IMG/VR virus record: IMGVR_UViG_3300010354_000045
Location: 1-64,000 of that record
Length of the DNA: 64,000 bases
Origin: a virus
Direction: 5' to 3' (one strand)
The translations under genes and the position numbers were made by a program. Numbering within the stretch: position 1 is the stretch's first letter; each line of letters opens with the position of its first letter. The notes under the pieces are model-generated. The model was not told the origin of the DNA. It did no database searches and saw only the letters and a list, made by a program, of their open reading frames with translations. Shown one piece after another: positions 9,215-17,817 of this stretch.

Positions 9215-12200
9215 TCATAGACCTGCAATTTCGCCAGTGTTCTTCAAGCGTAGCGGAATATAGATAAATTCAACTGCTTTTACTGGTTCAATAGCAACAT
9301 CAAGATACAGCTCGTTACGATCAATTCTAGCAGGTGTGTTGTTAGAAGTGTCGCAAACAACTAGATAATCATACAATGCACGTTGTCCTACTAGCTCTAA
9401 TAATAGACTTTCAGCTGCTTGTTTGATCTCATCCCTAGTAATCTTATCGTTTGGTTCAAACACATAAGGTTTGGCCAATTGTGCAAACTGACGACGTAGA
9501 TAGATTACTAAACGAGCAACATTAATTCGATCTAAGCTACTTGCATTTCTTGCACGAGTATATTGACCGTAGTTGACTAAACCAGTGCCTGTAATAAATG
9601 TCAACGGATTAACTTTGATTGCTGCTAGAGTATCACGCTGACCAGTGTTTAGAGCCACTGATTGGAATTCACCTTCGTCATTGATATAACCAACTGCTGT
9701 TGCGTTAGTAATACCGCCTCGACGTGTTCCTGCTGGTGCAAACCATGGATAGCTGACATTATCATTTAGTGCAATTGTACGCAACATCATATGGCTTGGA
9801 GGAACAACTACATTGTTACCTAAGTTATCGCTAGTGTAACCCCATGGATAGAAGAATCCTAAATATTCATCGCTAGTAACTAACCCAGCATCGCCGTCTT
9901 CAGCAGCTCCTGCTTGGTTAGTACCCCAGTTATTTAAACTTGTAGCATCGCTCTTTAGTCTTGCTGGAGTATCGCCAACAACAAATGCTGTTAATCCACG
10001 ATCGTAGTTTAAGCTTACCATTTCACCAACTAGCTCAGGATATCCTGGGCAAGCAATTAAGTTAAAGATGCGGCTTTCTTCATCACGTATTTGTTGATTG
10101 CTATTAACAAGAGCTTGAAGTTTTTGCACAACAACTTTACGTTGTGCTTTACGACCAAATGTTCCAGCACCGTTTTCTTGATTAGCTGCTTCGCTAACCC
10201 AACGATGTGGATAATAGTTAGTCATTGCTTGGCCGTCTCCGATAGCACCTGGTTGCCCGGTTCCGCTGTTACCGTTCCAACGTAGGTTACGTTCTAGAAC
10301 ATCTACATAGTTTTGTACAAATCGTTTAACATTATTTCCAGAACGACGTAGGTTCCATAACAACATACCTTTTGGATATAGTGCTGGATTTGGTGCATCT
10401 GCATCTAGGAAACTGTGATTTAACAATGAAGCAATTGAACTCGGTGCTGAACCTTCGCCAGTTGTGTTCCAACGAGTATCAGCAAATAAAATTCCATTTT
10501 CTGTAGTTTGGTCACTTGCATCAACTAACACCCACTTTTTAGTAGTATAGTTAAATTTATAAAGTCTTGGGAAGTTTTCTAGATCACTAGTATCGACCCA
10601 TAAATCGCCATTGGCTAAAGGTGTACCGTCACTTTGTTTGGTAGGCTTTGTAGCGCTAACAATTGGACCAGCAGGATCTGTAGTGTCGCCACCACCTTGA
10701 TTCTGAGTATATTGTAAGTAACCAACCCAGTAGGTACCATTGTGTACCATTATGTCAACTTCACCTACGTCATTATCATACCATAGACGACCGTCTGCAG
10801 GAATAGTTGTTGGTGCATTTACACTAGCAGGAGCAACAGCAACTTCTTGGCCGTCACTGTTAAGAATTGTTGGGCTCCACAACGTAGCTACAAAGTTTCC
10901 TGAGATGCCATTTGGATCTGCATAATAGTTAGCTGTCTTATTAGTACCGGATGCACTGAATAATGTTGATAGCGGTGTGCCTGCGCCGTTAACTAGTTTA
11001 ATTTCGCCGCCAGCAGTGTGAGTTAAAATTATTTGATTAGTATCAACATTGATGCTAGCAACTACTAAAGATCCACTTGGTAACGCTGTATTGATTGCAC
11101 TTAGTAATGCTGTAGCATCGGCTGTTGCGCCAGAAGCGGTAAAAGTAATTGTAGTAGGACTGGTATAACTTGCGCTACCTTTTGTTGACCAGCTAATAGT
11201 AAAATCTTTTGTGCCGGCTGTGAATGTACTACTAGTAACTGTTGCTGATCTAATTACAGTTGCACCAACTCCTCTACGTGCATAAATTTTAAAATTAGCT
11301 TCGGTTGGTGTGCCTTCGTCGTCATTATACTTAACATACAATGCTCCTAGTGCTAAGTTAATGCCGCCGCCAGTTGAATCAAGCGATGCCAATGCTGCTG
11401 CATTAGTTGCGTGTAATGGTGCTGATAACAGCCCCCAAGTGTCGGTTGCAGCATTGTACTTTTTAACGCTCCACTGGGCTCCTTTGTTTGGATTTGTAGT
11501 CTTTACCCAAATAGAACCTGTTGCTTGTCCATTTACTGTTGATGGCAGATCTGTACGCTTCCATAGCGGAACAGTAGTGTGAGCGCTGATTGCTAGGGCC
11601 ATTGGCTTATATGTGCCTGCGGTGATACCTAATTCATCTAACATGGTTCCGCTAATAACGATATCAGTAGTCCCAACATTAATATAAATTTCAACTTTAC
11701 CGTTTACTAGTCCTGCAGAAATGCCTGCTGCCTGTAGTGAACTATCGGCATTAATTCCGGCAACAACACCAGCTGCTGTTGTATAACCAGTTAAACTAGT
11801 TCCATTAATAACAATAGTGTCACCTACAAGCATCGTTGCATTAGCAACTGAACCTTGTATTGTTGGACGACTTTTAAACCAATTTGAACTACCAACTTCT
11901 ACCCAGGTGCCTGTTGTAGTTGGGCTGTCACCAGTATCACCTTTTTTGTAATAAAATTTGTTAAGTGTTGTTGTAGCAACAATAACGTAATCGCCAATTG
12001 CACCATAACTTTGTAAAGGTGCACCTGTAACCGATGCTCCTACAAGATTAGCCTTATCTGTAATAACACTAGGAACTTTGTTTATGAAAGTTTGACCAGT
12101 AGGTGTAATTGCACTAGCAGAATCCCATTCAAAAATACCAAATTCAGTGTTAGCTACATCAAACCAATATGTACCGTCAGCTGGTTCGCCTGCTGGCGGA

Positions 12201-12574
12201 GTAGCAGTTCCTGTAAGTTGACCTAAGTCAACATCAGCACGGACAACAAATGCACGATTGCTTACACCTAAATAACTGTATGCTGCTTGTAAACCGTATT
12301 CGTTTTGCTCACCGGCGTGTATAGGGTTATTGTTAGCATCTGTTTTAAACACCGGTGTGCCAAAAGTGTCTGCTAGATCTTTCTGACTGGTTAATAAATA
12401 AACTTGGCCTGCATTGGCTTTTAGTGTGCCTGGTGCAGTGCCAGTACCAGCACCGTTAAGTTTGCTTTCTTCTGAAGCAACGATGATTAGTGGGGTTGTA
12501 CCTGGGGCAGCTGGAGTATAAAAACTTTCGTCGATAACTGTTACGCTTACACCTGGTGAACTTAGTTGAGCCAT
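9215..12574 (-). CDS. gp18: Tail sheath protein (enlarged)
   Basis: N-term LSSPGVSVTVIDES; C-term PWFAPAGTRRG, DRINVARL, FEPND, CDTSNNTP, IEPVKAVEFIYI. Confidence 0.96.
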   Translation of the reverse strand: MAQLSSPGVSVTVIDESFYTPAAPGTTPLIIVASEESKLNGAGTGTAPGTLKANAGQVYLLTSQKDLADTFGTPVFKTDANNNPIHAGEQNEYGLQAAYSYLGVSNRAFVVRADVDLGQLTGTATPPAGEPADGTYWFDVANTEFGIFEWDSASAITPTGQTFINKVPSVITDKANLVGASVTGAPLQSYGAIGDYVIVATTTLNKFYYKKGDTGDSPTTTGTWVEVGSSNWFKSRPTIQGSVANATMLVGDTIVINGTSLTGYTTAAGVVAGINADSSLQAAGISAGLVNGKVEIYINVGTTDIVISGTMLDELGITAGTYKPMALAISAHTTVPLWKRTDLPSTVNGQATGSIWVKTTNPNKGAQWSVKKYNAATDTWGLLSAPLHATNAAALASLDSTGGGINLALGALYVKYNDDEGTPTEANFKIYARRGVGATVIRSATVTSSTFTAGTKDFTISWSTKGSASYTSPTTITFTASGATADATALLSAINTALPSGSLVVASINVDTNQIILTHTAGGEIKLVNGAGTPLSTLFSASGTNKTANYYADPNGISGNFVATLWSPTILNSDGQEVAVAPASVNAPTTIPADGRLWYDNDVGEVDIMVHNGTYWVGYLQYTQNQGGGDTTDPAGPIVSATKPTKQSDGTPLANGDLWVDTSDLENFPRLYKFNYTTKKWVLVDASDQTTENGILFADTRWNTTGEGSAPSSIASLLNHSFLDADAPNPALYPKGMLLWNLRRSGNNVKRFVQNYVDVLERNLRWNGNSGTGQPGAIGDGQAMTNYYPHRWVSEAANQENGAGTFGRKAQRKVVVQKLQALVNSNQQIRDEESRIFNLIACPGYPELVGEMVSLNYDRGLTAFVVGDTPARLKSDATSLNNWGTNQAGAAEDGDAGLVTSDEYLGFFYPWGYTSDNLGNNVVVPPSHMMLRTIALNDNVSYPWFAPAGTRRGGITNATAVGYINDEGEFQSVALNTGQRDTLAAIKVNPLTFITGTGLVNYGQYTRARNASSLDRINVARLVIYLRRQFAQLAKPYVFEPNDKITRDEIKQAAESLLLELVGQRALYDYLVVCDTSNNTPARIDRNELYLDVAIEPVKAVEFIYIPLRLKNTGEIAGL

Positions 12575-12668
12575 ATTAGAATCTCCATGAATACATGTTC
12601 TTCATGTATTTAGTGGATTTTGGATTTTTACTCAGGTTATACACCATGAAAAAGGGGTGTAAAAGGTG

Positions 12669-12674
12669 TAAATA
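12669..12674 (+). promoter_or_regulatory. Late promoter TAAATA (divergent partner at 12607-12612 drives gp18)
   Basis: GTAAATA 5 nt before ATG 12680; CTAAATA on minus strand upstream of sheath. Confidence 0.55.
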
Positions 12675-12679
12675 TTTGT

Positions 12680-13015
12680 ATGAGACCTTTATGTGTCTGC
12701 GGATATAGGCCAGCAGCAATAAATTACTACAAAAATGGTAAAGCCTATTATAGAAAGCTATGTGAAAGCTGCCTTAAAGGCGGAAAATTTTCTACAATAC
12801 CTAGATGGGCAAGAGCTGGTTATAAAGTCAAACTAACTTGCGATAAGTGTGGATTTAAAAGCCAGCACAAAGAAGTGTTTAATGTTTTTCATGTAGACGG
12901 AGATTTAAATAACTGTCGTCACACTAATTTGAAAACAATCTGTGCCAATTGTGCTAGAGTTTTACATAAGGAAGGAGTTAAGTGGCGGCAGGGGGATTTA
13001 ACACCAGATCTTTAA
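12680..13015 (+). CDS. Zn-finger HNH endonuclease-like protein
   Basis: CxC, CxxC, CDKCG, VFHVDGDLNN..TNLKTICANC. Confidence 0.8.
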   Translation: MRPLCVCGYRPAAINYYKNGKAYYRKLCESCLKGGKFSTIPRWARAGYKVKLTCDKCGFKSQHKEVFNVFHVDGDLNNCRHTNLKTICANCARVLHKEGVKWRQGDLTPDL

Positions 13016-13625
13016 CTTTGTTAAAAAGATCATCAATACTACCGTCATTATTTAAGATAGCATCAAAATTGGTTCCTACCCAACTTGTTTCACTAGCGTG
13101 TATACCTAGTTTTTTTAGTTTATCTACACTAATTGCCCAATTGTAATTAGCTACGTCGCCTTTATTAGCACTGACTGCGGCATCATACCATTCAGGCAAT
13201 TCACCGCGCTTCACCCAAACAATTATGCCGCCAGCATCTTTAATTGACTTAATTTCATTAGGAAATCGGCAGTCACTAATAACAATGTCATCGGTTGAAT
13301 TTCGAAGTTTGTTTTCTAGACTAGCAATCCAGATATCGTCATGGAAACCTTTGCGGCAAACTTCAGTGCCCCATAACTGTAACATTAGCCGAGGTGTTAC
13401 TTCCCGACCCAGTCTTTTACTCCACCATTGATCGGGTTGCTCTCGCCATTCTCTACTTTGTTTAGTACGGCCTTCTAGCATGGTCCGATCCCAACCAAAT
13501 ACGTGTGCTACTGCATCTTTTAAACTATTGGCGAAACTTTCTCGTCTAAAACCGTGAAAATTTGTAAGGTAATCGGCAATAGTATCTTTTCCGGAGCCGA
13601 TAAATCCACATATCCCAATAATCAT
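12978..13625 (-). CDS. gp1: Deoxynucleoside monophosphate kinase
   Basis: IIGICGFIGSGKDT P-loop, FA..LKD, TPR.MLQ.WGTE, ISDCRFPNE, HASE. Confidence 0.93.
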   Translation of the reverse strand: MIIGICGFIGSGKDTIADYLTNFHGFRRESFANSLKDAVAHVFGWDRTMLEGRTKQSREWREQPDQWWSKRLGREVTPRLMLQLWGTEVCRKGFHDDIWIASLENKLRNSTDDIVISDCRFPNEIKSIKDAGGIIVWVKRGELPEWYDAAVSANKGDVANYNWAISVDKLKKLGIHASETSWVGTNFDAILNNDGSIDDLFNKVKDLVLNPPAAT

Positions 13626-13645
13626 AAGATCTCCTTGCTAGTGCA

Positions 13646-13674
13646 AGTATATAACAGATCTTATACTGTGTCAA
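13646..13674 (-). promoter_or_regulatory. Sigma70-type early promoter of dNMP kinase
   Basis: TTGACA-17 nt-TATACT on minus strand, followed by AAGGAG SD. Confidence 0.8.
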
Positions 13675-13682
13675 AAAATTTA

Positions 13683-14450
13683 TTAACCAATTATAAAAGT
13701 CAGAGGCGTTCCGCCGGGAACCATGTTTTCAATTTCTTTTTCTAGCTTTTCTATTTCTTCTTTACCAGCAGATTTTAGATCTCCGCCGTTCATTTGGATG
13801 GACTGACCTGGACCAGCGATACTAGCAAACTTGCTGCGAGCTTCGCCTAACATTATCTTGCATACAGCTAGGGAATAGTCATATAACCATTGTTTTGCAT
13901 AGATGTCAGTTAACAGAACAAAGTCGGGTCTATAGTTATGTGTTCTAAGAAGAACTTGTTCACCTTGTGCAAAAGGACGTTGTAGAATAGTTAATAAATG
14001 ATTACTTTGACGCCATCTAAATTCTATGTAACTACCAAACATACGCCCTACTAGTTTTTGATATCCTGCAAAAAGTTCATATGTTGCTAGCCCGCCCATC
14101 ATAGTGCCGCTTAGTAAGTAGGTGTTTGTGTACGCCAAGTTGAATGGCTCGAACAATGTTCCGCCTGCACCTAAACCACTTCTACTACCAATAGCTCTAC
14201 GGAAAATACTTTGAACTTCGATTACTTCATCAGGTAAACGATATTCGTTTTGATCTTGAATTAACTCTAAAAACATCCAACTTTCTTCGACGGCAGCACT
14301 ACTACGTTGGCGAAACTTTGTTATAGCACGATCTAAAGCAATTTCATAGTGTTTAGGATCCAGCTCAACTTCAACCATGCCGTCGCCTAGCATAGTTCTT
14401 ACGTATTCAAATACTTTATTTCTTTCAGTTAACGATGTAGGATCAGCCAT
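13683..14450 (-). CDS. gp13: Neck protein
   Basis: LG..MVEVELD, WLYDYSLA.CK.MLGEARSKF.SI.GPG..I.MNG; start at ATG 14450 with GGAG SD. Confidence 0.88.
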   Translation of the reverse strand: MADPTSLTERNKVFEYVRTMLGDGMVEVELDPKHYEIALDRAITKFRQRSSAAVEESWMFLELIQDQNEYRLPDEVIEVQSIFRRAIGSRSGLGAGGTLFEPFNLAYTNTYLLSGTMMGGLATYELFAGYQKLVGRMFGSYIEFRWRQSNHLLTILQRPFAQGEQVLLRTHNYRPDFVLLTDIYAKQWLYDYSLAVCKIMLGEARSKFASIAGPGQSIQMNGGDLKSAGKEEIEKLEKEIENMVPGGTPLTFIIG

Positions 14451-14466
14451 TATTAGTTCTCCAATC

Positions 14467-14488
14467 ATATTTATCTTACGATAAATAT
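14467..14488. promoter_or_regulatory. Back-to-back divergent late promoters
   Basis: Perfect inverted repeat ATATTTATC-TTAC-GATAAATAT between gp13 and gp14. Confidence 0.75.
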
Positions 14489-14492
14489 CAAT

Positions 14493-15653
14493 ATGCCGCG
14501 ATTATCCTTATACAAGCCCGAACGAGGGCAAGACTACAAATTCATAGATCGACAGATTTCTGAAATGTTTCAGGTTGGAGGTACTGATGTTTATCTACAC
14601 AAATACATAGGTACTGATGACGGTACTACTGTCAAAGATATCACACAAATACAAGATCTTATGTTTTTAGAAAACAGGGATCGCAAATACGATGAAGAAA
14701 TATACAGGATACGCGGGCTTTATAACGTACAAAATATTGATTTTAATTTAAGTCAATTTGGACTTTTTATTGACAACGACACTTTATTCATGACTATACA
14801 TATTAATGATTTTATCAAGTATGTTGGTCGTAAGCCTATTACAGGCGATGTGTTAGAATTACCCCACTTAAAAGATCAGTTTGCATTAAACGACTATGAT
14901 ATTGCATTGCCTCGATACTATGTTATAGAAGACGTTGGCCGAGCTAGTGAAGGATTTTCTGTCACCTGGTACCCTCATTTATACAGATTGAAGCTAAAGA
15001 AAATTACAGATAGTCAACAATTTGCAGATATATTAGACAAACCAGCAGTTGATGCCGATGGTAATCCTAGCAATCAAACTCTTAAAGATCTACTTAGTAC
15101 TTACAATGCTGAACTAGCTATTAACGATGCAGTTGTTACTGAAGCTGAAACTGACGCACCGAAGAGTGGATATGAAACAAGACAGTTTTATACTCTTGCT
15201 GTTGATCCAACTACAGGTAAAACTTTGTTAAACACTGCCGATGAAGCCACAATACTAGCTAGTAATATAGAACTTAATACAAGTGAAAATAATCAACGAC
15301 CTATTCGTAGCGGGTATGCAGGATATTTAATCGGTGACGGCATACCTCCTAATGGTTACGATTTTGGATACGGTGTACAATTTCCGAATAATGCAGTTAA
15401 GGACGATTGGTTTTTACGCACAGATTTCTTACCTAGTAGATTGTTTAGGTTTGACGGTGCAAGATGGATTCGAGTTGAAGATAGTGTTAGAATGACTATG
15501 ACCAACAACGACACTAGAAACACCCAAAAAACTAGTTTCATTAATAATACTAAAACTAATAACTTTAAAAACACTGACGGTACTACAACTGCTGTTCAAG
15601 AGCGTCAAAGTCTTAGTAAAGCTCTTAAATATAAACCAGAGGCAGACGTATAA
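14493..15653 (+). CDS. gp14: Neck protein / head-tail connector
   Basis: FLENRDRKY, LSQFGLF, GDVLELPH; next to gp13 and gp15. Confidence 0.75.
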   Translation: MPRLSLYKPERGQDYKFIDRQISEMFQVGGTDVYLHKYIGTDDGTTVKDITQIQDLMFLENRDRKYDEEIYRIRGLYNVQNIDFNLSQFGLFIDNDTLFMTIHINDFIKYVGRKPITGDVLELPHLKDQFALNDYDIALPRYYVIEDVGRASEGFSVTWYPHLYRLKLKKITDSQQFADILDKPAVDADGNPSNQTLKDLLSTYNAELAINDAVVTEAETDAPKSGYETRQFYTLAVDPTTGKTLLNTADEATILASNIELNTSENNQRPIRSGYAGYLIGDGIPPNGYDFGYGVQFPNNAVKDDWFLRTDFLPSRLFRFDGARWIRVEDSVRMTMTNNDTRNTQKTSFINNTKTNNFKNTDGTTTAVQERQSLSKALKYKPEADV

Positions 15654-17104
15654 TGCAGCATTTTTACGATGGTCAGATTAGAAGATACATTGCACAAACT
15701 ATTCGTGTCTTTAGCAATTTTGTTGTCAAATATGGAGACGGGACATTAGTCCGTGTTCCAGTCAGTTACGGTGATCCAGACAAGCAAGCTGCAAGTATAA
15801 TTAGACAAAACAGCGAAAATAAAATTAATAGTGTACCAAGAATATCTGTATATGTTACCAGTCTAAGTTTAGATTCTAGTAGATTAAGCGACTCGTCTTT
15901 TGTTAGTAAAGTCCATATTAGAGAAAGAGATTTAATTGCAGGTGATTATACTCAGGGTCAAGGTAAAAATTATACAGTAGAAAGACTAATGCCAACTCCG
16001 TTTAATTTAAAAATGAAAGTTGATATATGGAGCGCAAATACTGATCAAAAATTGCAAATATTAGAACAAATTTTAGTATTGTTTAATCCTAGTCTAGAAT
16101 TACAAACTACTGATAATTATATCGATTGGACTAGTCTTAGCGTGTTGAATTTAAATGATGTAAATTGGTCTAGTAGACAAGTGCCAGTAGGTACTCAAGA
16201 CCCTATCGATATTGCCACATTAACTGTTGAAACTCCTATTTTTATTAGCCCGCCAGTTAAAGTAAAACATCTAGGAGTTATTACTAAAATCATCAGTAAC
16301 TTGTGGGACAGCTCTACATCATCACCTAATAATTATATAGACGGTTTAGGCAACGACCTTGTTGCTCCTACTACTAGTTTTTCAACTTTATTAGCACAAG
16401 AAGTTGTTACTATAACAGATTACCACATTCAAGTTTATAATAATAAACAAGGATATGGTCAAATAACAGTATTAGGGAAAACTGAGAATGCTATTCCTTA
16501 CGAACCAACATTAGAGATTCCTATTAGACAAGGAACACCTAATATTCATTGGGAAGAAATATTTGAATTATACCCTGGAAAATTTGTCAATGGTTCTAGC
16601 AAAATTTATTTGTTACAACCAAATGGTACTGAAATTTCAGGAACCATTGCTATCAACGCATTAGATAGTACACAGCTAATTGCTACATGGGACCAAGATA
16701 CGCTAACTTCAAATACTAATATTGTAACAAATGGTGTACGAGCATCGCCGGGAACATTTGATGCTATCATTGATCCTACAAAAGTATACCCCGGAAACGG
16801 TATGCAGAATGTAGTAGCAGGCGATAGATTTTTAATTATTGAAGATATCGGTAGTGCTGTTAATACTGACGGTCCTGATGCTTGGAAGTCTACAGGCGGT
16901 ATAGATTTTGTAGCAACTGCTAATGACATTATTGAATGGACTGGTACCCAGTGGCAGGTAGCATTTGATAGTAGTCAAGAAGATGACACTATGGTATGGC
17001 AAACTAATATATACACTGGAGTTCAATACTTGTGGAATGGTGTTTCGTGGGTTAAGAGCTTTGAAGGTGACTATAAGGCTGGCCTATGGAGAATAGTATT
17101 GTAA
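15653..17104 (+). CDS. gp15: Tail sheath stabiliser/terminator with C-terminal extension
   Basis: FYDGQIRRYI, VPVSYGD, PRIS, MPTPFNL, LQILEQIL.LFNP. Confidence 0.85.
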   Translation: MQHFYDGQIRRYIAQTIRVFSNFVVKYGDGTLVRVPVSYGDPDKQAASIIRQNSENKINSVPRISVYVTSLSLDSSRLSDSSFVSKVHIRERDLIAGDYTQGQGKNYTVERLMPTPFNLKMKVDIWSANTDQKLQILEQILVLFNPSLELQTTDNYIDWTSLSVLNLNDVNWSSRQVPVGTQDPIDIATLTVETPIFISPPVKVKHLGVITKIISNLWDSSTSSPNNYIDGLGNDLVAPTTSFSTLLAQEVVTITDYHIQVYNNKQGYGQITVLGKTENAIPYEPTLEIPIRQGTPNIHWEEIFELYPGKFVNGSSKIYLLQPNGTEISGTIAINALDSTQLIATWDQDTLTSNTNIVTNGVRASPGTFDAIIDPTKVYPGNGMQNVVAGDRFLIIEDIGSAVNTDGPDAWKSTGGIDFVATANDIIEWTGTQWQVAFDSSQEDDTMVWQTNIYTGVQYLWNGVSWVKSFEGDYKAGLWRIVL

Positions 17105-17535
17105 AAGATAGAATAGTATGCAGCGGTGCGTTATTCTATGCAAAATCTACTAAAAGAGTTTTGTTATTACAAAAAGCCAATGGTAAACATCAAAGTACTT
17201 GGGGGTTAGTAGGCGGCACAAACGTTGTTGGAGAAAGTCCCTGGCAGGGGCTACAACGAGAAATTGCAGAAGAAATAGGTTCTATCCCCAATATAATTAA
17301 AACAATACCATTAGAAACATTTGTAAGTAATGACAACGTTTTTAATTTTCACACGTACCTTTGTGTAGTTGCAGAAGAATTCATACCAACATTAAGTTTA
17401 GAACATTGTGCATGGGCATGGTCAACAATCGATTATGCTCCTAAACCGTTACATCAAGGTCTTAGAAGTAGTTTTGGTAACAGGGTTATTCGATTAAAAT
17501 TACAAACAGTATTTGACGTAGTTGATTTAACCTAA
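17086..17535 (+). CDS. Nudix hydrolase
   Basis: Nudix box GTNVVGESPWQGLQREIAEEIG (GX5EX7REUXEEXG). Confidence 0.9.
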   Translation: MENSIVKDRIVCSGALFYAKSTKRVLLLQKANGKHQSTWGLVGGTNVVGESPWQGLQREIAEEIGSIPNIIKTIPLETFVSNDNVFNFHTYLCVVAEEFIPTLSLEHCAWAWSTIDYAPKPLHQGLRSSFGNRVIRLKLQTVFDVVDLT

Positions 17536-17808
17536 ACTTAGAATAGGATCACTCGAGTGATCTCTTATATAAATCAATAAGTTTTCTCTTGCAGCTTCGT
17601 ATTCGAGTTTAGCTGCTTGTAATTTTTCAGTTGTTTCAATTCCAACTCGTTTATTATATTCTATTTGTGCTTGGTTATAAGCTTCTGCTTTATCTCTATA
17701 TATTGTATTCAAGTTAACAGCAACAGTATCGTCTGTTCCTTTTGTAGATTGAACATAAAAACGATTTTTTTCTTGACGCCATTCATATGAAAGATGAAAA
17801 TTTTCCAT
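17527..17808 (-). CDS. Hypothetical protein
   Basis: 93-aa ORF with AGGT SD after the 1293-aa gene. Confidence 0.65.
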   Translation of the reverse strand: MENFHLSYEWRQEKNRFYVQSTKGTDDTVAVNLNTIYRDKAEAYNQAQIEYNKRVGIETTEKLQAAKLEYEAARENLLIYIRDHSSDPILSLG

Positions 17809-17817
17809 AATTTACCT

